Made by a program: the position numbers and the translations under genes
Notes under the pieces: model-generated
Told to the model about the DNA's origin: nothing
Database searches by the model: none
Seen by the model: only the letters and a program-made list of their open reading frames with translations
Shown: piece by piece, positions 36,401 through 46,153 of the stretch
How positions within the stretch are numbered: position 1 is the stretch's first letter
How the letters are laid out: each line of letters starts with the position of its first letter
Source of the DNA: Psilocybe cubensis
Taxonomy: Eukaryota
Assembly: GCA_017499595.2 (NCBI GenBank)
Contig: CM039006.1
Location: 744,001-808,000 of the forward strand
DNA length: 64,000 bases
Reading direction: 5' to 3'

Positions 36401-37702
36401 CCAAACAAAGGCAACTTGCGTCAACGAATACTCGCCGACTGTCATGATCACCAATCCGTAGGCCACCCTGGCCGGATGAAGACCATGGAACTCGTCCTGC
36501 GCGACTATTGGTGGCCGTCACTATCAAAAGACGCGAAGCGTTACGTTGATGGATGCCCCACCTGTCAATCAACTAAGCCTCTGAGGATGGCGCCCGCGGG
36601 CCTACTGACCCCCAACGAAATCCCTTCCTCCAATTGGGAGATCATTTCCTGTGATCTCATCGTGGACTTACCTAAATCTCGCGGCTTCGATTCGATCTTT
36701 GTCGTCGTCGATAGACTCTCAAAAATGGTTCGTATCATCCCATGCAAAAAGTCAATCACTTCTGAGGGTCTCGCGCGCCTCTTCCGCGACCATGTCTGGA
36801 AAGACTTCGGACTGCCACGACGCATCATCTCCGACCGTGGTTCAATCTTCCTGTCAAACTTTACTCGGGCCCTCAACGACCTGCTAGGCATTTCACAGAA
36901 CGCGTCCACCGCATTTCGACCTCAAACAGACGGACAAACTGAGCGCGTCAATCAAGAAATCGAACAATACCTACGGATCTTTGTGAATAACAGGCAAAAT
37001 GATTGGGTGGAATGGCTTGCATGCGCCGAATTTGCTATCAACAATAAGATTCACTCGTCCACTGGCTTCTCGCCCTTCTTCCTAAACTATGGCTCCAACC
37101 CCCGCCGAACCCTGCAACCCGCACGCCTCTCGGACGACCGTGTCCCCAAAGCTCTTGAATTCGCCTCTCAAATGGATTCCCTCGCGAAGGAATCCGCTTC
37201 AGCGCTAAACCTCGCCGCTGATGCAATGAAGCGATCCTATGACACCTCTCACCGCGCTCCACCCGTCTTCAATGTTGGCGACATGGTGATGCTCAGCGCC
37301 TCCGACATCAAGTCCTCACGTCCGTCTAAAAAGCTCGATGTTAAGCGTCACGGACCTTTTCCTGTGACGAAACGCGTTGGCATCCAGTCTTACACCCTCG
37401 ACCTACCGGCCTCGTGGTCGATCCACCCTACTTTCCATGTCTCTAAACTCTCCCGTTTCATACCAGCAGAATTCGATTCCCAAACTTCACCCGCGACACC
37501 AACACCTCCCCCCGCGTTACCACCCCCAGACATTGCAAGTGTGCTCGGCCACAGGGCCCTGCGCAGTGGAACACAGTTCCTCGTGCTGCTCGATGGCTGC
37601 ACAGAGGAAGACGCTTCGTGGTCAAGCCACTCATCCTTCCCTAACTCTGAAGTACTAAACAATTACATACGCCTCCACAACATCCCGGACGCCCACCTTT
37701 AA
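33437..37702 (+). CDS. Element D pol: protease, RT, RNase H, integrase, chromodomain (-1 frame relative to gag)
   Basis: ALLDSGA, KLDVRWGF, YMDDIL, EADSS...NYEIHDRELL, HHCC zinc finger, D,D-35-E core, GPF module, and a C-terminal chromo-like segment (IASVLGHR...FLVLLDGCTEEDASW). Confidence 0.95.
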   Translation, partial: GFCFLRRVSSTSSPLLYNNPVITPKLHVALSPKSVPLPVLPVYATPQPSLSNSVLTPDKPSSSTTSPNSDYPTPTLLPAHPQPPTMAPDCIPYSDLFLSCPEDDPPELQAPDASDDSDEDSPTKPAQQTSAHDDASVSMTHDASPPPAPRDSLLCSPPVADHTDCPPSIPTPVRTVLCNLRRLRSTPWRTESLLKSWAPKERWDDIDDDLIAALCDLPWTDAAKVLQQLKKPRDYISRMGSKCLDIPMSAAPPGSTSLVSLKALLDSGATGCYVHSDFVKLNGWVTERLPHPVSVYNADGTRNANGAITDVVYLVIRIENHVERLRLSVTNTGSSSLILGHSWLWFHNPLVDWREAKLCFARCPTSCGADVLPTSHPDGETVNVCREGPQLREDDIFDDSPGPFTPVSAAEWADAFAGELADGESMCAVDLNEFTSEQVHGSCDHRISHFLRTQREAASYPDRYLKEFAPVFSKEEFDELPPRRPWDHAINLKPDAKSFKAKPYRLSPAETSKVKEWIEEEKRTGRIRDSISPYAAPFFFIQKKDGSLRPVQDYRRLNDITIKNRYPLPLISDLMDKLKGAKVFTKLDVRWGFNNIRIREGDEHKAAFITEFGLFEPLVMFFGLTNSPATFQNMMNDLFKDLIAGGHVVIYMDDILIFTDDVQSHRHLVRNVLQILEDNKLYLRPEKCCFEQDRVEYLGVIVGHGKMSMDPKKVDAITSWPIPRCRKDVQQFLGFVNFYRRFIKNFSRIAAPLHALGGSAPWVWDNLSTSAFNELKSACASHPVLLLPRDGAPFRIEADSSGYATGAVLSQFVDNSWQPVAFASKALSPVERNYEIHDRELLSIMRSLDDWRRYLHGSDSPVEIHTDHKNLQYFMTAQKLNRRQARWSLQLAEFDFVLVHKPGPTMICADSLSRRPDYDKGVGDNENVTLLRPEHIRRTAECSIGDDPVLADIRTHQHQITEMWEKHKNLPGWSLHDGLLSWHNRIFVPNKGNLRQRILADCHDHQSVGHPGRMKTMELVLRDYWWPSLSKDAKRYVDGCPTCQSTKPLRMAPAGLLTPNEIPSSNWEIISCDLIVDLPKSRGFDSIFVVVDRLSKMVRIIPCKKSITSEGLARLFRDHVWKDFGLPRRIISDRGSIFLSNFTRALNDLLGISQNASTAFRPQTDGQTERVNQEIEQYLRIFVNNRQNDWVEWLACAEFAINNKIHSSTGFSPFFLNYGSNPRRTLQPARLSDDRVPKALEFASQMDSLAKESASALNLAADAMKRSYDTSHRAPPVFNVGDMVMLSASDIKSSRPSKKLDVKRHGPFPVTKRVGIQSYTLDLPASWSIHPTFHVSKLSRFIPAEFDSQTSPATPTPPPALPPPDIASVLGHRALRSGTQFLVLLDGCTEEDASWSSHSSFPNSEVLNNYIRLHNIPDAHL

Positions 37703-37713
37703 GAGGGGGGTGA

Positions 37714-37886
37714 TGTTAGAGTTCCCTCTAACGTAGACACACACACGTGCCTGTAGTCACATATCACACAGTATTTGTAGACACACCCGTAGCTACGTAG
37801 CCTCAGTTCCTTCTTTGTTAGCACACCCAACACGTTCTGGTCCTTCGTCTCTCTCTCCCGCCTCGTCTCCGGGTCTCCTCCTAACA
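37714..37886 (+). repeat. 3' LTR of element D
   Basis: Direct repeat of 31461-31633, preceded by the PPT and followed by the TSD. Confidence 0.97.
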
Positions 37887-37891
37887 ACGCC

Positions 37892-39565
37892 AAGTACATC
37901 AAAGGCATGCTCAATCAGCCTGACTTGCAGCCTAGTGCTAGTATGAATCGATGGATACAAGGCATTCTTCTCTTTGACTTCAAGCTCATCCATGTAAAGG
38001 CCGGTAATCATCGTGGACCTGATGGACTTTCAAGGCGACAACCAACTTCTGAAGAGTTAGAAGAACCTCAAGAAGACGATGACTGGCTCGACGATATTGC
38101 TCTTCTTAATACGGTCAAATTTTTCCCTACTTTTCTTTTTACTCCCTCTTCTATGCCATCGTATGACTCTATCTCGCTTCCTTCTTTTATTGCTTCTTCT
38201 TCTTCTCAAGAACGGACACTTCGACAAATTCTTCAATTTCTTACAGACCAAACTATACCCCCTTTTCCCAATTTGCAGTCCCGACGACGATTCCTTGCTC
38301 GCGCTACTCAGTACTATCTCAAAGATGATCAACTCTATCGACGACGACAAGGAAGACCTCCACTCTTGGTTATTCTAGATCCAGACAAGCGACGTCTCAT
38401 TCTTACTCAAGCTCATGAAGAACTCGGACATCGAGGAGTATACGGTGTGTTTGGAGTTATTCGCATTCGGTTTTTCTGGCCATTTCTTTTTCAGGATATC
38501 AAGCATCATCTCGCTACTTGCCATGAATGTCAGATCAGATCCACCAAGAAAAGCGAAGTTCCTATCACTATCACAGCTACCCCAACTATCTTCACTATCA
38601 TCAATGTCGACGTCATGTACATGCCCAAGTCTGGACGCTTCCGATACGTAGTCCTAGCCCGAGACGACTTATCACGTGCACCTGAAGGACGTGCCCTCAA
38701 GTCTTTACGTTCCGAAGAGCTGGCCACTTTCTTTTGGGAAGAAGTCATATGCCGATATGGTGCTATTGCTATTGTACGCACGGACAATGGAGTAGAAGTC
38801 TCTGGCGCTTTCAGTCTTTTGATGGAAAAGTACGGCATTCCTCAAGTTCGCATTTCTCCTTACAACTCTAAAGCCAATGGATCTATTGAACGTGGTCACA
38901 TTGACTTCCGTGAATCCATTCTCAAAGCTTGCGGCGACCGACCTCTAGACTGGCCACAGTACGTTCATCACACACTCTTCTCCGACAAATGCATTACTCG
39001 ACGCTCTACTGGACATTCCCCTTTCTACGTCATGCATGGTGTTCATCCTGTTCTTCCATTCGATCTCCTTGAAGCCACATTTCTAGTTGATGGATTCCGA
39101 CAAGGAATGAGTTCCGAAGATCTCCTAGCTCTCCGTGTTCGACAACTCATGAAACGAGATGAAGACTTAGCCAACATAGCCGACGTTCTGAAACAATCAC
39201 GACTTCAATCCAAAGCTACTTTTGAACGACGATTTGCTCGACGTCTTCGACAAGAAAGCTTCAAGTTTGGTGATCTAGTCCTTGTTAGGAACAGTCAAGT
39301 CGAGAAGGAGATGAATCGCAAGCACAAGCCACGATACCTTGGACCTTACGAAGTTGTACGACAGACACGAGGAGGATCATATGTGCTTAGAGAACTTAAT
39401 GGTACGCAACTGGCTCAAGGCGTAGCTGCTTTCCGACTTCTTCGCTATTTTCCACGAGACGGTTCAGTCATTCCTCGACCTCAGCTAGACCGGATGATCA
39501 GAGAACTTGGACACGAGAGTGAGGAAGATGAAGACACATGGAGCGACGATATGGACGATTTCTAA
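37892..39565 (+). CDS. Element C pol, part 2 (RNase H C part and integrase)
   Basis: VEVDA|KYIKGMLNQPD rejoins in frame after removing element D. H..LGH...CHEC zinc finger, NVD...TDNG...IERGH core, YLGPY module. Confidence 0.92.
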   Translation, partial: KYIKGMLNQPDLQPSASMNRWIQGILLFDFKLIHVKAGNHRGPDGLSRRQPTSEELEEPQEDDDWLDDIALLNTVKFFPTFLFTPSSMPSYDSISLPSFIASSSSQERTLRQILQFLTDQTIPPFPNLQSRRRFLARATQYYLKDDQLYRRRQGRPPLLVILDPDKRRLILTQAHEELGHRGVYGVFGVIRIRFFWPFLFQDIKHHLATCHECQIRSTKKSEVPITITATPTIFTIINVDVMYMPKSGRFRYVVLARDDLSRAPEGRALKSLRSEELATFFWEEVICRYGAIAIVRTDNGVEVSGAFSLLMEKYGIPQVRISPYNSKANGSIERGHIDFRESILKACGDRPLDWPQYVHHTLFSDKCITRRSTGHSPFYVMHGVHPVLPFDLLEATFLVDGFRQGMSSEDLLALRVRQLMKRDEDLANIADVLKQSRLQSKATFERRFARRLRQESFKFGDLVLVRNSQVEKEMNRKHKPRYLGPYEVVRQTRGGSYVLRELNGTQLAQGVAAFRLLRYFPRDGSVIPRPQLDRMIRELGHESEEDEDTWSDDMDDF

Positions 39566-39623
39566 TCTATCCCCCCCTTCCTTCCGCAACCGGGGACGGT
39601 TGATTTCTCAAGTTTGGGACGGA

Positions 39624-41252
39624 TATCATACCCCAATCCTGATTGGAGATGAGATGTTCATTTTGGATCTACACACGACGCCCTCAACCCAAGCAGTCAT
39701 TCTTTCCATAAGTCATCCACACATCTTATCTTATCAACACTTGTCACATGGAAGCCACGTTATTCCGGATCATGTCACTTCGTCAGATCATCAAGGCTAT
39801 GCGACGGATCAGTCAACCATCAAACTGCATAGCTTTCTACACTGCCTTGCACAGCCGGACTGTCAACTCTATTTTTATCAATTCAATGGTCTTACTCAGC
39901 GTCAGGCTGCGGATTACTCATTCCAACTTATTTTTGGTTTGTCTTACTCATCCTTTTGTGTTTATTTATATCTTTTCTATTGTCTGTTGCGCTTTTATTG
40001 TCTTTGTCTTACCAATCTTCTATGCTTTCTGACTCATCCTTGCTTCTTTTATCTAATCTGTATTACCATTCACCTTCGTCATACACTTCTTTCTTACTCA
40101 TCCTATTCATTTCTTATCTGTCGTCGTGTCGATATTGACATGTCTTATTGTTCTTGCTTATTGTTACACTTGCGTAGCCTCATTCTTGACACTTTGTACA
40201 GTATATGACTCGGTTTTCAGTAGCTTAGATTGGTATTTCGTTCACGTAGCTTTTAGTATAAAAGCTGTAGTAGAATTACACGAAATGACAGGAAAGTTAC
40301 ACCCAGTCCCCACTTTCTTCAAAGCAAGTCAATTTTCATCCAAGTCAAGTCAATTTCAAGTCAATCCACATCGATTCATTTCAATTCCAAGCTCAAGTTC
40401 AAGCCAAGCCCAAACCCAAGTCCAATTCAGTCATCAGTTCCACCCTCCGTCGAGACCAAGTTTACTTCCATTCATCCGAAGTCATCTCGCTTTCCATTAA
40501 GAGAGGATTTCATCCGAGACCAGTCATCCTCCTCATCCAACGCCTCTTCTTTTCAGAGTTGAATATCCAACTTCTATCCAGACCTCCAGTACTTCCCTAC
40601 TTCCTCTCCTCCATTCAATCCGTCACCGCTCCTACTCTTTCTACACCTTCCAACCATCGCCGTTAGGAGTGTATTCAAGACATCCTTTCCCTCCGTCAAC
40701 TCATCTGGAGCAATTTCATTCGAGACAGACTTAGTCTTTCATCCTCGATTCAGTCAATACTCCTGCGATGTATAGCTTCATTCCAAGCTTCAGAAAGATT
40801 GTCAATTTAAAGACACTTTCACCATTCTTCAAGATTCAGCCCGTTAACGACATTCCGACTCCTAGTCATCTTCTTATCTCCCCTCGGAACGTCCCCCACT
40901 CACTTCAGACAACCCCTCTAAGATTCACATTTATTGATTTCTCATACGCAATCTACGCATCTTCTTCACGCTTTCCATATACACCCGCCATCCAATTCCA
41001 CGGTTCCATCCCATTTTTGGAAGGCTTATTTACTATCGTACCCAGACGACCCGGTTATCCTCTTCTTACTATTTCGCTTTCATTACCCTTCACAATCCAC
41101 ACCATCCTAATCTACTTAAATCCTAGGCAGCGTCCTCCCTTAAGAAACTTAGGAGAAGGTTTCGTCCTATCCAGTCTGGACCACTCTTTCCCTGGGGTTT
41201 GTGTTTGTTGGATTACATATAGTTTATAACCAATCACAAACTTCGATCTTCA
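39624..41252 (+). repeat. 3' LTR of element C
   Basis: 1629-bp direct repeat of 23349-24977, preceded by purine-rich GGGACGGA. Confidence 0.96.
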
Positions 41253-41455
41253 GCGCGAGCAGAGGGAGTGGGAGCGGCAGGCGGTTTGGGTAGGGAGGCC
41301 GTGAGGCGTTCGAGTTTAGACTCAATGGCAGACAGTCGGTCATCAACCTTTTTATCGGCATCGAACCTGACTTGCTGCGCCCTAAAGAGGAGGGCAAAAC
41401 GGTCCTCGAGGGACATCGTCATGAACCCATCGTAAGGCGAAGGAGGGTCGGCCAT
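41253..41455 (-). CDS. N-terminal part of element B ORF (predicted coiled coil)
   Basis: MADPPSPYDG...VDDRLSAIESKLERLTASLPKPPAAPTPSARA continues as PRARRTSRKK at 23344 and below. Confidence 0.85.
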
Positions 41456-41546
41456 AGAGTATAGTAGGTGGGGGCAAGGTAGAGTGGAGTAGACGAGCGC
41501 TGCAGTGGGTAGAGTACCAGGGCAACGTTGGGTAGCTTCGATATGC

Positions 41547-41805
41547 TGTTAGGAATCGACTTAAGTCAAGAGAGAAGAATGCCCAAAGACCAAGTTGATA
41601 TCGAAGCTGGGGTCTGACTACTGACCCCAGGACCCTATATATACATGGAGACCAGAGTAACTACTTCCCGGACCAGAGTACTCGACATATGACAACTATC
41701 AATAGATGAAACAGGAGAACGATAGACGTGGGACCGAACACAAAGATAGAACAAGGCATGACAGCGTGGGACCGTAACAGATAACGATAACGGATAGGGG
41801 TGGCA
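41547..41805 (-). repeat. 5' LTR of element B, outer 18 bp missing
   Basis: Matches 22333-22591. Lacks the terminal CCAATACGTATCCTGACA present in the other LTR. Confidence 0.9.
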
Positions 41806-44800
41806 AAACACCATGTTTGATGAGAATATGCCGTCTATTTCTACTGTTAATAATTCTCCTTCTTTGATAGATTATTCTTCTTTGCCTTTTCATCTTGAAA
41901 CTCTTTCTTCTTCTCATCCTGTTTCTTCACCTTCAGTTCCAAATTCCGTTCTTGATTCTATTCCTCATTTTATTTCCACTTCTTCTGATTTAGATGCGCC
42001 TGAGTTACTTCAATCTTCCCCTCTTCCTTCTGCTTTATCCATTTCTTCTCTATATATTGAAGTTATTCCTCCTGCAACTCCTCCTCCTGCAACTCCCACT
42101 CAGTCCTCCTCGCTTCACATGCCCGCAACTCCAGCCTCTTGTTGAGTTTTGCCGCCACCTCGCTCCTCCTCCAGAGAACGTCACCCATTGTCTCGTGGAA
42201 CACTCTACAATCAGTTTCGGAAAGCTGAAAAAGCTAAAAGCGAATCGATTATTGCTTCTCATCAAGCAACAAGTGCTGAACGCTCCACAACAACTCTACC
42301 GTCCAACAAGCAAGGGGGCAACTCTAACCCATTCACATCTCTTTTTTGCTCTGTTGGACTACTAGAAAACACATCATCTTCCTTGTATGACATCTATTCA
42401 GACATTTCATTTGTGTCACTCAACGTTGAAGACTACCTAGCACGAGACAAAGAAGCCTTTTTTAAAGCTATCTTACTCTCAGTCAGGAGCAAGCATAAAC
42501 AAAATCTTAATTCCCCAAATTACGATCTCAAAGTTCCACCGGCAAATTACTTTGAAGCAATGCAACGTCCAGATGCTGATGAATGGAGAAGAGTTATTCA
42601 GCAAGAACTTGAGATGTTCAAATCCATGAATGTATACGTCGATGAGGAGCTTCCACTTGGCGAACATACAATTGGGTGTTGATGGGTTTTTGAGTTCAAG
42701 TTCAACAACAGTGGACAGTTGATATACAAAGCCAGATTGGTCGCGCAAGGGTTTTCTCAAAAGTATCTCATAGACTATCATGAAACATTCGCACCAGTAT
42801 CAAAATCCGTCAGAACTTGTGCCATAGTGGTTCATGCTACGCTGAACGGGTGGCATATTGAATGCTTTGATGCCACAAGAGCTTTTCTGTGGGGGGATTT
42901 GAGTGAGGTGATATACATGAAGTGTCTTGCGGGCTATTTGTCACCGCTTCCGAAAGGTGTTTGGAGACTGAAGAAGTTGTTATACGGGTTGAAGCAGGCA
43001 AGCAACGTGTGGTATGTTCTCATTTGCTCAACGCTCCAGGACATTGGCTTCAAACAATCAGAAAAAGACCATGCCACATTTATTTTTGAAGGAGTTTGGA
43101 ATGGGGAACAAGTCAAATGCTGGCTATGCATCCATGTTGACGACGGCCTAGGGGCATCCAACTTCAAGCCGTTTCTTGACCACACCAAATCTGAAGTCAA
43201 CAAGCGATTCGGTATCAAGGACCTTGGCCCACTGCAATCTTACCTGGGAGTGCAGTACGAGCGGAATATGGCCACTTGGGAACTATGGATTCACCAAACT
43301 CCATACATTGAGAGTGTACTCAATGAGTATGGTCTTCTCAACTGCAGTCCCGTTTCAACACCACTTGATGACAACGTCTTTGGCCGTGACAACAACGTCT
43401 TTCCAGATATTCCAGACATTAAAGTCACCTTCCAACGTTTGATTGGTTCACTCCTCTTCATCCAGCGACACTCTTGCCCTAACATTTCAATAGCCGTACT
43501 ACTTTTATCACAACACGCTTCAAACCCTCAACCAAGACATTTCGCTATAGCTAAACGTGTTCTTCGTTACTTGAGCGGTACGCGCAATTATTGGCTACAC
43601 TATGGTGGACAGAATGCATTGCACAGCCTACAGGGTTACTCCAATGCTGACTGGGCAGGCAACAGGGACTTGCGTGCGTCCGTCTCAGGATTTGTATGAA
43701 TGGTTGCTGGCGGACCTTTGAGCTGGTCTTTGAAAACTCAGACATGCATCGCCACTAGTTCCACAGAATCTGAGTACATTGTGCTAACAAGAACGGTACA
43801 AGAAGGGCTGTGGTTATCTTCTTCTCTTTCATATCTTCACATTGCTCACCCAAATCCGTTGGTGGTCGCTACTGACAACAAAGGAGCCAAGTCCTTGTGC
43901 AAAAATGACTCGTCTCACTCAAAAGCAAAATACATCGACATCAGATATCATTTCATATGGTCTCACATTGAATTAAAATCTTTCAACATTCTTCACATCC
44001 CAGGAAAAGAGAATCCGGCAGACCTACTCACTAAGCCGCTGAAGATCAAAGTTTGTGATTGGTTATAAACTATATGTAATCTAACAAACACAAACCCCAG
44101 GGAAAGAGTGGTCCAGACTGGATAGGACAAAACCTTCTCCTAAGTTTCTTAAGGGAGGACGCTGCCTAGGATTTAAGTAGATTAGGATGGTGTAGATCGT
44201 GAAGGGTAACAAAAGCGATATAGTAAGAAGAGGATAACCGGGTTGTCTGGGTACAATAGTAAATAAGCCTTCCGAAAATGGGATGGAACCGTGGAATTGG
44301 ATGGCGGGTGTATATGGAAAGCGTAAAGAAGATGCGTAGAATGTGTATGAAAAATCAATAAATGTGAATCTTAGAGGGGTGGTCGGAAGTGAGTGGGGAA
44401 CGTTTCGAGGGGAAATGAGGAGATGACTGGGAGTTGGAACGTCATTGAAGGGCTGAATCTTGGGGAATGGTGAAAGTGTCCTTAAATTGACAATCTTTTG
44501 GATGCTTGGAATGAAGCTATACATCGCAGGAGTATCGACTGAATCGAGGATGAAAGACTAAGTCTGTCTCGAATGAAATCGCTCCAGATGAGTTGACGGA
44601 GGGAAAGGATGTCTTGAATACACTCCTAACGGCGATGGTTGAAAGGTGTAGACGGAGTAGGAGCGGTGACGGATTGAATGGGGGAGAGGAAGTAGGGAAG
44701 TACTGGAGGTCTGGATAGAAGTTGGATATTCAACGCTGAGAAGAAGAGGCGTTGGATGAGAAGGATGACTGGTCTCGGATGAAATCTTCTCTTAATGGAA

Positions 44801-45743
44801 AGCAAGATGACTTCGGATGAATGGAAGTAAACTTGGTCTCGACGGAGGGTGGAACTGATGACTGAATTGGACTTGGGTTTGGGCTTGGCTTGAACTTGAG
44901 CTTGGAATTGAAATGAATCGATGTGGATTGACTTGAAATTGACTTGACTTGGATGAAAATTGACTTGCTTTGAAGAAAGTGGGGGCTGGGTGTAACTTTC
45001 CTGTCATTTTATGTAATTCTACTACAGCTTTTATACTAAAAGCTACGTGAACGAAATACCAATCTGAGCTACTGAAAAACCGAGTACAAAGTGTCAAGAA
45101 TGAGGCTACGCAAGTGTAACAATAAGCAAGAACAATAAGACATATTAATATTGACACGACAACAGATAAGAAATGAATAGGATGAGTAAGAAAGAAGTGT
45201 ATGATGAAGGTGAATGGTAATACAGATTAGATAAAAGAAGCAAGGATGAGTCAGAAAGCATAGAAGATTGGTAAGACAAAGACAATAAAAGCGCAACAGA
45301 CAATAGAAAAGATATAAATAAACACAAAAGGATGAGTAAGACAAACCAAAAATAAGTTGGAATGAGTAATCCGCAGCCTGACGCTGAGTAAGACCATTGA
45401 ATTGATAAAAATAGAGTTGACAGTCCGGCTGTGCAAGGCAGTGTAGAAAGCTATGCAGTTTGATGGTTGACTGGTCCGTTGCCTAGCCTTGATAATCCGA
45501 CGAAGTGACATGATCTGGAATAATGTGGCTCCCATGTGACGAGTGTTAATAAGATAAGATGTGTGGATGACTTATGGAAAGAATGACTGCTTGGGTTGAG
45601 GGCGTCGTGTGTAGATCCAAAATGAACATCTCATCTCCAATCAGGATTGGGGTATGATACCGCTTCAAAGAGTCAAGTTCCTCGAAGGAGTCACTAGGCT
45701 TAGACTTGTTGACCCTAAAACGGTTAAAGAGGCGATGCGTTGA
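41806..45743 (+). pseudogene. Copia pol remainder (linker, RT, RNase H), interrupted by a solo LTR
   Basis: NTMFDE, YKARLVAQG, LYGLKQA, IHVDDG, YSNADWAG, ADLLTKP|LQRVKF...AMR stop at 45741-45743. In-frame TGA stops at 42680 and 43697. Confidence 0.92.
44040..45659 (-). mobile_element. Solo LTR of the element C family
   Basis: Reverse-complement copy of the C LTR, clearly more diverged and with a ~10-bp deletion. 4-bp TSD CCGC (44036-44039 / 45660-45663). Confidence 0.95.
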
Positions 45744-45750
45744 GGGGGCG

Positions 45751-46153
45751 TATTGGAATACGGATGTTGTTACATGGTTCATTCATTCTTTTGTTTTCTT
45801 TCCTTTTCTTTCTATTTCCTGTTTTGTACTTTCACCTTCCTTATTTGACGTTCAGAACACTGGGTCCGAGAGCCCCTGTCCAATCACAAATCCAGTAGTC
45901 ATCCTTCCCATATCGTTCAACGCATTACCTTTGTATATCCTTCATCAGCTTCCGTAGCTACGAGCAGCTCACTTATACAGACCAGTTCTAGTTTTTGCAC
46001 CTCAGTCTTTCTTCCCTTTGACTGAGGTACATTTGCTTTTATGTTGTTCCTACAAGATAGCTAATATAGTTTACAGACTCACCGTGTGTTCAGGTTCATA
46101 ATAAAGTCTTTCTTCCCTTTGACTGAGACTCACTGTGTGTTCAGTTTCCTTCA
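45751..46153 (+). repeat. 3' LTR of Copia element A
   Basis: TATTGG...TTCA directly after the PPT. Repeat of 19932-20334. Confidence 0.95.

Larger units (their letters stand above)
31461..37886 (+). mobile_element. Element D: apparently intact Ty3/Gypsy chromovirus (Tf1/Tcn1-like)
   Basis: Identical 173-bp LTRs (31461-31633, 37714-37886), 5-bp TSD ACGCC (31456-31460 / 37887-37891), PPT AAGAGGGGGGTGA (37701-37713), uninterrupted gag and pol. Confidence 0.97.
23349..41252 (+). mobile_element. Element C: Ty3/Gypsy LTR retrotransposon with 1629-bp LTRs, split by element D
   Basis: LTRs 23349-24977 and 39624-41252, 4-bp TSD GCGC (23345-23348 / 41253-41256), tRNA-type PBS. Order gag, protease, RT, RNase H, integrase. 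Confidence 0.96.
22333..41805 (-). mobile_element. Element B: ~1.6 kb non-autonomous LTR retroelement (TRIM-like) encoding a KH-domain protein, split by element C
   Basis: LTRs 22333-22609 and 41547-41805, minus-strand PPT AGAGGGGAGGTGA (22610-22622), self-priming PBS. Own sequence is only 22333-23348 plus 41257-41805. No RT, integrase or protease. Confidence 0.9.
19932..46153 (+). mobile_element. Element A: decayed Ty1/Copia LTR retrotransposon hosting nested insertions
   Basis: Two 403-bp LTRs, PBS, PPT (GAGGGGGCG, 45742-45750). Domain order gag, protease, integrase (N part), RT, RNase H is the Copia order. Multiple stops and frameshifts. Confidence 0.95.
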
